Below are positions 37,311 to 50,214 of a stretch of DNA of 64,000 bases, piece by piece; positions within the stretch are counted from its first letter, which is position 1; the number at the start of each line of letters is the position of its first letter. The DNA is taken from positions 1,550,001-1,614,000 of the forward strand of contig NC_135830.1 in NCBI RefSeq assembly GCF_964213995.1, given 5' to 3'. The translations under genes were made by a program, and so were the position numbers. The notes under the pieces were generated by a model that was given only the letters and a program-made list of their open reading frames with translations, was not told where the DNA came from and searched no databases. The stretch is from Mustelus asterias. Taxonomy: Eukaryota.

Positions 37311-37600
37311 GGGTGGCACAATGGCACAGTGGCAGGGACACGAGTTCAATTCCAGCCTCAGGTCACTTCTGTGTGGAGTTTGCACATTCTTCCTGTGTCT
37401 GCATGGTTTTCCTCCGGGTGCTCCGTTTTCGCCCCGCACTCCAAAGATGTGCTAAATCAACCCTGGTGTCAGGGGGATTGGCAGGGTTTACACGTGAGGT
37501 TATGGGTTTACAGTCTGGCTGGGATTGTGGTCGTTGCAGACTCGATGGGCCAAATGGCCTCCTTTTGCACTGTATTTGCACTGTAGGGATTTTATGATTC
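37311..37600 (+). mobile_element. Diverged HE1 SINE
   Basis: gtggagtttgcacattct...gactcgatgggccaaatggcctcc. Confidence 0.75.
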
Positions 37601-38003
37601 ATAAATCCAAGCTGCCTGTGCCAATGATACCAGGAACGTTCAGAGATTCGGCACTATTGAGGGTGGGAAATAAACTGCCAAACTGCAACATGCACAGACT
37701 TATCATGGCGGAAAATCTTGCTCGCAATAAGGGCAGCGTAGATGATTGTCTCACACCCGACTCTGTAGGCCATGGAAACATCTGGATACATCCCGCCCTC
37801 CCACCCCCACACAGAAACACACCACCTCCTCCAAATTGCCACAGGTGTACAACAGGTGAATGAAGCAGCAGCTCTACATAATCAGTCTAACGGAATCACA
37901 CACTGCAGATAAAGGCACACACACACAAGCATCATCCTGCGTGCCAATGTCCCGAAGAACCAGCAGGATGCACCCAGACGATTTGCAGCACAATGCAATA
38001 CCG

Positions 38004-38080
38004 GCGGGGGGCGAGGGATGAGGGGTGGGGGGGGGGGGGGGGGGGGGTGGGGGCGGGGGCCGGGGGGGGGGGGGGGTGGG
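38004..38080 (+). repeat. Poly-G tract (G-quadruplex-prone)
   Basis: Long G runs. Confidence 0.85.
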
Positions 38081-38219
38081 TGAGAGGTCTCTGCTTGAAC
38101 TCAACATCGAAACTGAATCTCATGAGACCTCAACACATCAGGAAAAATATGAGCCACGGAACCTTCGGCTGGTTTGCAAATGCCCTCCCACAGATCAGTC
38201 AAAGCTCCTCCATGCTGTG

Positions 38220-38500
38220 CACCAAATGAAGAATCTATGTAGGTGGCAAGGACATGGAACGCACTCTGGATGAATGACATCCGTGTCAATCAGCAAGAGT
38301 GGCTGGGTAGCAACACGATTTATCGAGTCCTAAATGATATAGCTGCAAACCTGGATCTGTGGCACGTGTTGTGTGAACCAGCAAGAATGAGTAAACTTCT
38401 TGGTTTCAGCCTGTCTGCCGCCGATATATTTGCTCATGACAGTATCGTTAGGATTCACAAACCCAGTGTACTTGTGGACGTGAAGTTCCACAGGTCAGGA
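38220..38500 (+). mobile_element. Degenerate LINE endonuclease fragment
   Basis: ALWMNDIRVNQQEWLGSNT...RVLNDIAANLDL resembles the APE GDFN-H-W region. Confidence 0.55.
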
Positions 38501-38949
38501 TCCGGCTGGTCCAGGCTGAATCCAAGCTGAACGGCAGTGGGTAGGTTATTTCTGAGAATGTGCCAAATGACAGCACTGTGGTGACCTCATCTACTGATGA
38601 TCGAGAGTAGGGCTAGTGTGGCTTTACCTCCGTTGCATTTTTCCTCTTTTTTTAGTGTACAGCATATAATTGGGCAATTAATAGCTTGGCTGGACGCACA
38701 CTTATTGAGTACTATTTCTGGAATACTGTTAGGGCCTAAAGCCTTGGCATTATCCAATGCCGTTACTTGCTATCATGTGCACTGAATTGGATTGGCTGAA
38801 AACTGACATCTGTGATGCCGGCTACCTCCGAGGTGCCCGACATGGCTCATCCTCTCAGCACTTCTGGCTCGAGATTGTTAGCAATACTGCAGTCTTGTCT
38901 TTAACACATAATTGCTGGTTCTTCTCGACATTGTATTTTGGGAATAATT

Positions 38950-39302
38950 CTGGAATCATAGAATCATAGAACCATAGAAACCCTACAGTACAGAAAGAGA
39001 CCATTCGGCCCATCGAGTCTGCACCGGCCACAATCCCACCCAGGCCCTACCCCCATATCCCTACATATTTTGCCCGCTAATCCCTCTAATCTACGCATCC
39101 CAGGACACTAAGGGGCAATTTTAGCATGGCCAATCAACCCGCACTTTTGGACTGTGGGAGGAAACCGGAGCACCGGGAGGAAACCCACGCAGACACGAGG
39201 AGAATGTGCAAACTCCACACAGACAGTGACCCAAGCCGGGAATCGAACCCAGGTCCCTGGAGCTGTGAAGCAGCAGTGTTCACCACTGTGCTACCGTGCC
39301 GC
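38950..39302 (-). mobile_element. Full-length HE1 SINE
   Basis: Reverse-complement HE1 with (atcataga)n tail. Confidence 0.9.
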
Positions 39303-40114
39303 GGAGTTTCCGTTTCCGATTATTAATTTTCCGGCGTCAATGCGGCTGGTTATGACCGGATTACAGACCTTAGGTTTGATCCTCTGTAAGCAAGAACGCA
39401 ATGATTTGTGCTTTATCAAGGTCGTGGACGGGTGTAGTGGTAAATAAAACATATTTGAGTGTAGTATAAACAGAGCTCTCGTCTAGCATAATCATAATGT
39501 TTGGATCAGCTTTGGTAGAACAGAGATAGGATCCAATGCATGAGCAGTTGAGGGAATTATTGCTCCATACACAGCGATCAGAAATATTTCACTTCCATCT
39601 GCTGGCCAAACCCTGTCATTGCACTTACTGTTAAAATGTCAATGTAAGTTGAATACCTCTGATATTCTTGTGTCAAGGGACCATTTCGACAGATGCGCTG
39701 CCTTATCGCCTTCTGCGAGATCTCCCAAAATTTCAGATGCAAGGAGTTTCAGATTAACATTGGCCGATGAGTACACGTTACAGGATAGCAATAAAACAAC
39801 GTGGCTCCATTCTTGGCAATGTGCTTTTGTTCATCGTGGTTAAAAGGAGAAATGTTGACGAAAACGAAGACTCTACGAGCTTTCATTTCCATCTCAATAC
39901 TCAGGAGGTGGAGTTCCTTTGTTCATAATAACACCTGGAAGATACCTAGGTAATTAAGGTGGGGAAGTTAAGTTTAAGTGAGGTTATTCCAGTCTTTGGA
40001 AGAAAAAATAATCTTAGTGTGTGAGTGTTTGTGCGCGTGTGTGTGTGTGTGTGAGTGCGTGTGAGCGGTGTGTGTGTGAAGAACATCATACTGTTCACAA
40101 GTTATTTAAATAAA

Positions 40115-40600
40115 TACTTCCTTCCTATGTCGTTAGCACCAATACGTACCACGACCTCTGGCTGTTCACCCTCTCCCTTCAGAATGCTTACTGCCCGCTC
40201 AGAGGCACCCCGGACCCTGGCACCCGGGAGGCAACATACCATCCTGGAGTCTCTTTCACGTCCACAGAAGTACCTATCTGCACCGCTTACTATAGAACCC
40301 CCTATAACTATTGCTCTTGTTCTCTTTGCCCCTCTCTGCTGAACAACAGAGCCAGCCGTGGTGCCACTGCTCTAGCTGCTACTGCTGTTATCCCCTGATC
40401 GGCCACCCTCCCCCAACAGTATCCAAAACGGTATACTTATTTGAGAGGGGGACGACTACAGCGATTCCTGCACTGACTGCCTGCCCCTTCTCACGATCAC
40501 CCATCCATCTGCCTGCACCTTGGGTGTGGCCGCGTCTCTAAAGCTCCTATCTAAGATGCTTTCGCCGCCGTCATGCTCCTAAGTGCATTCTAACTGCTGC
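40115..40600 (-). mobile_element. CR1 LINE ORF1 (esterase-like) fragment
   Basis: The reverse complement of ggaccctggcacccgggaggcaacataccatcctggagtc reads SRMVCCLPGARV, typical of CR1 ORF1. Confidence 0.75.
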
Positions 40601-40726
40601 GAAGAAAATATACCATTAATAGGAACTATATCATTAAATTGCAGAAGTAATATATTTGAAAGATTTAACATAATTATGCAAAAAAGTATAAATTATGTTG
40701 CCTAAATGGTGAAAAGTCCCTCCTTC

Positions 40727-40727
<1 letters not shown>

Positions 40728-40757
<30 letters not shown>

Positions 40758-40761
40758 TTAT

Positions 40762-40795
<34 letters not shown>

Positions 40796-40796
40796 C
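40728..40796. repeat. (TA)n(CA)n(TA)n microsatellite
   Basis: Direct reading. Confidence 0.95.
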
Positions 40797-43574
40797 ACTT
40801 TAACGTGGTGAAAGCATAGTACAGTGGAAAAGCGCTACTTTCAAATGTTTAAAGTGACATCGCTTAACAGCCATTTAGAGCCAATCACTCCTTGTAGTGC
40901 ATTATCTGGAAGTCCAATAGCTGCGAGGAAAGGATAGTAAATGGTACACAGCAGGCCACTTGGTATTCCATGCATTTCTGTCAGAAACTCTGAGCGTCTT
41001 CTACATTATACGGATAGATTGTCACCTATATACCGAATGTTAGGCTCCAGGGAGATTGACGAATCTGTCGTTTTTCTCACATTAAGTACGATAATTGGAA
41101 CAAGCAGGTTAATGAGGCTACTGCCATGCACACGAGTATGCTTTGATAGTTATGAGTGTTTATCAGTTGATTTGGCACAGTTCCGTGTGCGACACCCAGA
41201 TTTCAGTCATATATTTTAATACAGGTAAATTGTAACCTTATTAGGAGCCCGCCATATTTAAAGGGACAGTTATACCTAAGGAAGTAAGGCATTGGATCAT
41301 CTCAATGCTGAGTTGTGTGATCTTAGCATGCGTTGTCCGGATTTATCCTAGATCTAAAAAGTAACTTAGTCACTATCGCAACATGATCATTTTTCAGAAA
41401 TAGATAAACCTGCTCATTTCAAATTCTCAAAATATATATGCGCTAATTATTTATTTTTTCTAAACGACATTTGCATGCAGCATCGATTTCTTCATTCAGT
41501 TCCAAAAGGCTATTTTAATTACTGGCTTTATCTTATCCAAGGTTCTCCCATGCAGAGGATAGGTTACTGCTATCAACAGTATCAATTGCTGTCAAAATCC
41601 TCAGGGCCATAAATAAATCGTGCGTTAAACGGCCATTTTCTGTCATTTGGAAGCCGACGTTGTACAATTTGTCCTCTTAATTTAACTTTTAGAATCATGT
41701 GAACATTCACAGGAGTTCATCTAATGCAAACATTTTCTTCCTAAATTGTGGTGTCGCGAAACGTCCCCAATTATCTTCTGCGTGTTAAAAGAACAGTCGA
41801 AGCCTTTTTATTCACTATGGTTATAGATCCGCTTTCAGGAGAGCTTCCACCATTGGAATGATGGAGACAAGTGCCAAGATTTCTGGAATCCTTCATTTAT
41901 ATCCTTGATTCTGAAAGTACTTTTGTGATATTTGATTATGGCTTGCAATACCATTTCAATTGTTGAAAAATTAGTTCAGTAATTTTAGCTCCACATCCAG
42001 AGCTCATGCCATGTAAACATTTACTTAAGAATTGATGACCGAGTTTAGTGTTCAAAGCTTTCCCCAGATATTACATGAACCAGGGGTCCAAGTAACATTC
42101 CCAAACACCTGATTGCCTTCTTATCAAAAAGTCTGGCTGCTTGGCCTTCTCAATGCTTTCAGCACGCATGGAAACTAATAATTCAATCCTGAAAATTATT
42201 AATGCCTCGCCTCTACTGGGTTGAAACAGGAGGAATAACGAAATACATAGGCTTAAATAGCTGAGACAATTGGTAGCTCTGGAGTGTGCCTTACAACCAA
42301 AGAAGATGTCATAATGCTACCAGACAAGTAGGGAAACTAAATATTAAGAGCTGGACAGTTCTTTATATATGTTACTGAGCCTTGAGTATTGCAGCTGCAA
42401 TTACTCGAAATCAGATCAATTCAACTCTTTAATTTCCCATTTCTCAGCAGACAGGAGATAACGTTTGTCTATATATTGTGTTGTTAGCATTAGTCGGAAC
42501 ATGTCAATCCTAATTCGTACAATAGCCTAACATTGAGGATTTGCACCTTGTAGTTCTGTGTTGTAACTTCAGGAGGTTGGAGCCTCCCATTAGTTATGAA
42601 TGGTGATGCCCTCGGAATATTTTCTTTTCTGGAGGGCACAATAAGCCGGGGTTGGACGATGGAAATGGGGGATTGATGGATATTGCGGGTCATGATTTAA
42701 AACATTAAAATTGAATAAAAATCTGCTGTTGCTGAACAACGCATGTCTCAAAATTTGATTCGAAAATTGAGCCACCAGATCTATTTTAACTTAAAGTACA
42801 AATCACATTGCAAAACCGCACAACATAATGGTGGATAGATACCCTCAGAGTAAAGGTGGAAATTATTTTCCACATGGAGGAAAATAATTCCATCCCTATC
42901 ATTACTAATGGTAAGAATACAATACAATATACACTTCTCTCACAAACTGCCATAGGCCCAGTCCAGACTGTTTCTCCTTATGGACTCGGCCAGTTCTATC
43001 TGCAGTCGTATTGTGCAGCAATATTTTGTGATTATAATTCAAGATCCTGCCAAGAGTATATTCTATATTATTTGGAAGTGGCCGTTATTCAATGATCTGT
43101 TTCTTTTTTTTTCCTCAGTTGATTGTTTGCAGCCGCACACAAACCTCCTCCACTCCACAGAAGTGGTGATCAGGCTCCGTCAACATTTCCTGCAAGCCTG
43201 TCCTCATACATCTCCTTATTTTCACAAAAACGCAAGGCTTTCATTTAACCAAAGCATTCAGCCCACCAGAACCTAGATTGCAAGGATCACCCTCCACGAT
43301 TTTTTGGCAAATCGACTGTCATGACAACCTCAACCCCTCCCTCCCCTCTGTATCTCATCGGTGAGAAACCATTCCCTCTGTGACAGCATATTTCATAGAA
43401 ACATAGAAAATAGTGCAAAAGTAGGTTATTCGGCCCTTCCCGCTTGCAGCACTATTTAATATGATCATGGCTGATCAAGCACTTCCACTATCCCACTCCC
43501 GCTTTCTCTCCATACCCCTTGATCCACTTAACCGTAAGGGCCAAGTGCCAGCGCTCCCTCTTGAACAAAACATA

Positions 43575-43800
43575 TTCCAGCTTTTAATTGTGTTTATTTA
43601 TGGGACACGGGCGTCGCTGAGTAGTCATCATTGAAAATCAATCACATTGCTGTGACTCTGGAGTCACATGTAGGCCAGACCAGGTAAGGACGGTAGATGT
43701 CCTTCCCTAAAGAACATTATTGAACCAGATGGAATTTTCTGACAATCGGCAATGGTTTCATGGTTATCAGTGGACTCTTACATCCAGATTTTTATCTTTA
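43575..43800 (-). mobile_element. DeuSINE-like SINE
   Basis: ctggagtcacatgtaggccagaccaggtaaggacggtagat...tgaaccagatgg is the reverse complement of the Deu core. Confidence 0.7.
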
Positions 43801-44730
43801 AAAAATCCAATATCGCCACAACACCTGATTTATTTCATCTGGAGTCTTTCCATACAACAGTAGGAGATGTAACCCTTGTCTCATCCCTCTTCGCCCCCTC
43901 AGAATCCAAGTTTCCAACATCCATTCACGATGAAACTGCAATTTTGACGCACTTTGTATTTAGTTTATTGCACTCGCTATTCATCATACGTTCTCAGTTA
44001 CATTGAAGGGTGCTGACTTGGTGAATACTTTGCAGAAACTTTCAATTTGTCCAGAAACATGGCCCTGATCTTTCAACCGCTTTCTAAATCAATTCAAAAT
44101 GTTGTCTGTGATAATGCTCCAGTGAAACACAACGCTTGCTGAAGGTACAGCGCCTCATCTTCTGATTCGGCACAGTACAGACATTTGGACACAACAGCGA
44201 ATTCACTTATTTCGGCCCCTGAACTCTGTTTTCCATTGTTATCCATTCCCCCATTTCCGGGCTGCAGGGTGTTCTTATGTTTTGCTTTCAGACAGCGCTG
44301 TTATTCATGTTGCTCTTAGAAACACTTTCCCAAAGTTTTCACCCTCACTACTATAATTACCAATCTCATTGTCTTGTGTCCCATAATATCTCTGTCAATT
44401 AATAACCCCACCCCCTCCCAATTCAACCCACCAATTACAATTTATTTTGCTCCACCTCCAATGTATGTTTGAACAGCATCCAAGCCTCAGCATATGAAGT
44501 CGCGAATATGTGTCATACAGCTTAAAACATTTATCCTCTTTCTCTATCCACAAATAGAGAACATTTTGCCAAGATTCTGTGGTACAAGAGTTGGTTCAGG
44601 GGAAAGCGTTTTCGATTCCGAGATCACTAAGGCCGTTTCTGGGGAAATTGGAACATATACAAGCAAGACGGTCTGCACTTTAGTGCCGCCGTATACTGTG
44701 CACTCGTTTTTATGCGGCTGGACATTGTAT

Positions 44731-44932
44731 GCCAAAGATGTGCAGGTTAGGTTGATTGGCCATGTTAAAATTGCCCCTTAGTGTCCTGGGATGCGTAGAT
44801 TAGAGGGATTAGCAGGTAAAATAGCAGGGAAATGGGGGTAGGGCCTGGGTGGGATTGTGGTCGGTGCAGACTCGATGGGCCGAATGGCCTCTTTCTGTAC
44901 TGTAGGGTTTCTATGATTCTATGATTCTATGA
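44731..44932 (+). mobile_element. HE1 SINE 3' half
   Basis: ccaaagatgtgcaggttaggttgattggcc...(ttctatga)n. Confidence 0.85.
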
Positions 44933-45178
44933 TATATCTTGCCAGTTACATTCAAGCCACGTTCAAAATATCCCAGTGTTGATTATCAACTCAGACTGGT
45001 TATCGGCTGTAGGTTTAGCTGGCTATCATATTCCTGACGCCATGCGAATTCACGGAAATTGCAGACAATGTTGAAGGAGCCCCAGTAAAAAAAACCAATT
45101 AAAATCGGAGCACAAGGAGGCCATTAGGTCATACGAGACTGTTCTGTCAATTACTATGATCATGGCTGCTCATTCAAT

Positions 45179-47605
45179 TCAAAAGAGAGCTGGGACTCTG
45201 AATGGGGAGGAATTTGTAAAATGCGTACAGGAGGGTTCTTTGGAACAATATGTAGATAGCCCGACTAGAGAGGGGGCTATACTGGACCTCGTACTGGGGA
45301 ATGAGCCCGGTCAGGTCTTCAAAGTTTCGGTAGGGGAACATGTGGCAAATAGTGACCACAATCCTGTTAGCTTTAGGATAGTGATGGAAAAGGATGAGTG
45401 GTGTCCCAAGGGTAAGGTGTTGGATTGGGGGAAGGCTAACTTTAGTGGAATTAGGCAGAAATTGGCAGCTCTTGATTGGGAGAGGCTGTTTGAAGGTAAA
45501 TCCACATCTGGCATGTGGGAGTCTTTTAAGGAACAGTTGTTAGGGCTACAGGACAGGCATGTGCCTGTAAAAAAGAAGGATAGGAAGGGTAGGATTCGAG
45601 AATCGTGGATAACCAGGGAAATTGAGGGACTGGTCAAAAAGAAAAGAGAGGCTTATGTTAGGTCCAGGCAGCTAAAAACGGAGGGAGCTCTGGAGGAGTA
45701 CAAAGAAAGTAGGAAAGAACTCAAACGGGGAATTAGAAGAGCAAAAAGGGCTCACGAAATGTTCTTAGCAGACAGGATTAAGGAGAATCCCAAGGCATTT
45801 TATTCATACGTTAGGAACAAAAGGGTTGTCAGGGAAAAAATCGGACCTCTCAGGCACAAAAGTGGGGAATTATGCTTGGAGCCCAAAGAAGTAGGGGAGA
45901 TCCTAAATGAATATTTTGCGTCGGTATTCACAAAGGAGAGGGATGTGTTGACTGGGAGTGTCTCGGAGGGGAGTGTTGAACCGTTGGAGAAAATCTCCAT
46001 TACAAAGGAGGAAGTGTTAGGTTTGTTAGAGAATATAACGACTGACAAATCCCCAGGGCCTGATGGAATCTATCCAAGGCTGCTCAGGGAGACGAGAGAT
46101 GAAATCGCTGGGCCTCTGACGCAAATCTTTGTCTCATCACTGGATGCAGGTGAGCTCCCAGAGGATTGGAGGATAGCTAATGTGGTCCCGTTATTTAAGA
46201 AGGGTAGGAAGGATAACCCGGGTAATTATAGGTCGGTGAGCTTGACGTCCGTGGTGGGGAAGTTGTTGGAGAAGCTTCTTAGAGATAGGATGTATGCGCA
46301 TTTAGAAAGGAATAAACTCATTAACGATAGTCAGCATGGTTTTGTGAGAGGGAGGTCATGCCTCACTAACCTGGCGGAGTTTTTTGAAGAAGTGACCAGA
46401 ATGGTTGACGAGGGAAGGGCCGTGGATGTCGTCTATATGGACTTTAGTAAAGCGTTTGACAAAGTCCCTCATGGTAGGCTGGTGAAAAAGGTTGGATCTC
46501 ATGGAATAAAGGTGGAGGTGGCTAGATGGGTGGAGAACTGGCTTGGTCACAGAAGACAGAGGGTGGTAGTGGAAGGGTCTTTTTCCGCATGGAGGCCTGT
46601 GACTAGTGGTGTTCCGCAGGGCTCTGTATTGGGACCTCTGCTGTTTGTGATTTATATAAACGATCTGGAAGAAGGTGTAACTGGGGTGATCAGTACGTTT
46701 GCGAACGACACAAAATTGGCAGGACTTGCAGATAGTGAGGAGCATTGTCAGAAGCTACAGAAGGATATAGATAGGCTGGAAATTTGGGCAAAGAAATGGC
46801 AGATGGAGTTCAATCCTGATGAATGCGAACTGATGCATTTTGGTAGAAATAATGTAGGGAGGAGCTATACGATAAATGGCAGAACCAAAAAAGGTGTAGA
46901 TACGCAGAGGGACCTGGGTGTGCAAGTCCACAGATCCTTGAAGGTGACGTCGCAGGTGGAGAAGGTGGTGAAGAAGGCATATGGCATGCTTGCCTTTATA
47001 GGACGGGGCATAGAGTATAAAAGTTGGGGTCTGATGTTGCAGATGTATAGAACGTTGGTTCGGCCGCATTTGGAATACTGTGTCCAGTTCTGGTCACCAC
47101 ACTACCAGAAGGACGTGGAGGCTTTGGAGAGAGGACAGAGGAGGTTTACCTGGATGTTGCCTGGTATGGAGGGGCTTAGTTATGAGGAGAGATTGGGTAA
47201 ACTGGGGTTGTTCTCCCTGGAAAGACGGAGGATGAGGGGAGACTTAATAGAGGTGTATAAAATTATGAAAGGCATAGATAGGGTGAACGGTGGGAAGCTT
47301 TTCCCCGGGTCGGTGGTGACGTTCACGAGGGGTCATAGGTTCAAGGTGAAGGGGGGGAGGGGGGTTAACACAGATATCAGAAGGACATATTTTACACAGA
47401 GGGTGGTGGGGGCCTGGAATGCGCTGCCAGGCAAGGTGATGGAGGCGGACACACTGGGAACGTTTAAGACTTATCTAGACAGCCATATGAACGGAGTGGG
47501 AATGGAGGGATACAAAAGAATGGTCTAGTTTGGACCAGGGAGCGGCGAGGGCTTGGAGGGCCGAAGGGCCTGTTCCTGTGCTGTATTGTTCTTTGTTCTT
47601 TGTTC
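45179..47605 (+). mobile_element. Young 5'-truncated CR1 LINE; uninterrupted ~780-aa ORF2 (partial EN plus RT), catalytic motif mutated to FANDT
   Basis: ORF 45156-47528 has PTREGAILDLVL, SDH, DKSPGPDG, QHGF, GVPQGSVLGP; (TTCTTTG)n tail; TTCAAT at both ends. Confidence 0.95.
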
Positions 47606-47739
47606 AATAGCTTTCACCCGATATCCTATTGAAACATTCATAGTATATTAGCCTGTAGTGAGTATACTGGCCATTCGCTTGCAGCACAGATATTCATCAG
47701 AAATCTCATCCGGTAGTTTAATGTAACTAGTAACTAGTA

Positions 47740-48856
47740 GAGCTAATCGAGTGGATGTGGTTCATTTGGACTTTCAGAAGACTTTCTACAAGGTCTCACG
47801 TAGCAGATATCTATGTAAAGTTAAAATACATGGGATTGTAGTTCATGTTTTGAGATGGTTAGAAAGCTGGTTAGTAAATAGGAACCAGATAGTTGGCATA
47901 AATGGATTTTTTCTGATTGGCAGTCAGTGGCTAATGCGATTTTTAGGGATCTCTGACAAGAACCCAAATGTTCATGTTATTTATTTATGATTTGGAAGAG
48001 GCAACTGGAAGCATTATGTCCAAATTTACAGATGATAAATAGATGGGTGGGAGGATGAACTGTGAGGAGGATGCACCGTTGCTTCAGTGTGATTTGGGAA
48101 GGTTGAGTGTGTCGGCAGATGCAGTATTACGTTGATAAATATGAGTTTATGCACTTTGTTCGCAATAATTGGAAAGCAGATTATTATTTGAATGGGTACC
48201 AATCGAGAGAGAAGGAGATTCACGGAGACCTCGGTGTCCTCGTGCACCCGTTGCTGAAAGTACGCACACCTGTACCGCGGGTAATAAAGAAGACAAATAG
48301 TATATTAGGCATCATAGCGAGAATTTGAGTCAAGGGATAGGGATGTTTTGCAACAATTGTACAAGGCGTTGGGAGGCCACACCTGGAGTATTGTGTGCAG
48401 TTTCAGTGTCCTTATCTGAGGAAGGATGGTCTTGCTAGAGAGGGAGTGCTGCGAAGCTTTGCCAGACTGGTTCCTGGAATGGCAGGTCTGTCACATGAGC
48501 AGAGATGGAGTCGGTTACGATTGTATTCACTGGAGTTTAGAAGAGTGAGAGGGGACCTCATAGAAACTTATAAATTCCTCACAGATTTAGACAGGGTAGA
48601 TTCATAAAGAATGTTCCCAATTGGTGGGGCAGTGCAGATCTAGTCATCATAGTTCGATGATAAGTGATAAAACTGTTAGAACTGAGGTGAGGAGAAATTT
48701 ACTCATACAGAGGATGGTGAATGTGTAAGATTCACTGCCACAAAATGTAGTTGCGGTCAAAATTTGTCTGATTTCAAACAGAAATTTAATACAGCTCGAG
48801 GCGCTAATGTGATGAAGGGATATTTGGGAAAGGGGGATCAGAGTATTGAATTCAAT
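47740..48856 (+). mobile_element. Older degenerate CR1 LINE (RT to 3' UTR; resumes at 50048-50125)
   Basis: DVVHLDFQKTF, RVRGDLIETYK; 3' UTR gatcagccatga follows the insertion. Confidence 0.8.
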
Positions 48857-48863
48857 TGAATTA

Positions 48864-50044
48864 GGGTGTAGAGACGCAGAGGGACCTGGGTGTGCAAGTC
48901 CACAGATCTTTGAAGGTGACGTCACAGGTGGAGAAGGTGGTGAAGAAGGCATATGGCATGCTTGCCTTTATAGGACGGGGCATAGAGTATAAAAGTTGGG
49001 GTCTGATGTTGCAGATGTATAGAACGTTGGTTCGGCCGCATTTGGAATACTGCGTCCAGTTCTGGTCGCCACACTACCAGAAGGACGTGGAGGCTTTGGA
49101 GAGAGTACAGAGGAGGTTTACCAGGATGTTGCCTGGTATGGAGGGGCTTGGTTATGAGGAGAGATTGGGGAAACTGGGGTTGTTCTCCTTGGAAAGACGG
49201 AGGATGAGGGGAGACTTAATAGAGGTGTATAAAATTATGAAAGGCATAGATAGGGTGAACGGTGGGAAGCTTTTCCCCGGGTCGGTGGTGACGTTCACGA
49301 GGGGTCATAGGTTCAAGGTGAAGGGGGGGAGGTTTAACACAGATATCAGAAGGACATATTTCACACAGAGGGTCGTGGGGGCCTGGAATGTGTTGCCGGG
49401 CAAGGTGGTGGAGGCGGACACACTGGGAACGTTTAAGACTTATCTAGACAGCTATATGAACGGAGTGGGAATGGAGGGATACAAAAGAGTGATCTAGTTT
49501 GGACCAGGGAGCGGCGCGGGCTAATTTTTCCTGGTTTCTCGTTTCAAGGCTTCATTCTACGATCATCTTGCTGGTGCCAGTACAGAGTGAGACTGCGGAT
49601 AGTTGGGAACCTGTCTCGGGGGCAGGGGATTCATATGGTGTTCGTGGAAGTGGAAATGACTAGGGTTGGGAAGCATTTTCCGATCGGGGCCATTGTGATC
49701 TCCTGGACTCGTTTCGATCGCCTCAGGGGGTCGGAGAGGAATTTCCCAGATTTTTTTTTCCCCATATTGGCCCTGGGGTTTTTCACTCTGGGTTTTCGCC
49801 TCTCCCTGGAGATCACATGGTCTGGAATGGGGGGGTGGGGGTAAGTTAATAGGTTGTAATGAACAAAGCATCGTAGCTGTGAGGGACAGCTCGGTGGATA
49901 GGATATTGGTATGTAGATAGGCTGGAAAATTGGGTGGGGATCCTGGATTCAGGATTCAATCCTGGACCAGGGAGCGGCGCGGGCTTGGAGGGCCGAAGGG
50001 CCTGTTCCTGTGCTGTATTGTTCTTTGTTCTTTGTTCTTTGTTC
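48864..50044 (+). mobile_element. Second young CR1 copy (3' part), near-identical to 46893-47605, with a 440-bp extra segment in its 3' UTR
   Basis: ORF 48892-49497 is almost identical to the C-terminus of ORF 45156; same (TTCTTTG)n tail. Confidence 0.92.
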
Positions 50045-50214
50045 AATGATCAGCCATGACCAAACAAATGGCGAAGCAGGCTCAAGGGCCGAATGACTTA
50101 CTCATGCTTCTCGTTTCTATGTTTCTGTAACAATTACTTCTATCCCTAGCCTGTGTGACTTATCTGTGTAGGGGGGCATATCCATCAATATTGATGGTGG
50201 AGTCACAATTACCA

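Noticed and set aside
41700-43100. Possible decayed LTR/ERV integrase region
   Set aside because: Only faint motif resemblance (FPQILH..) with frameshifts; needs an HMM search to support.
45156-47528. 790-aa ORF as a host gene or an active LINE
   Set aside because: It is CR1 ORF2; the ATG lies in flanking DNA, the endonuclease is truncated and the RT motif is FANDT.
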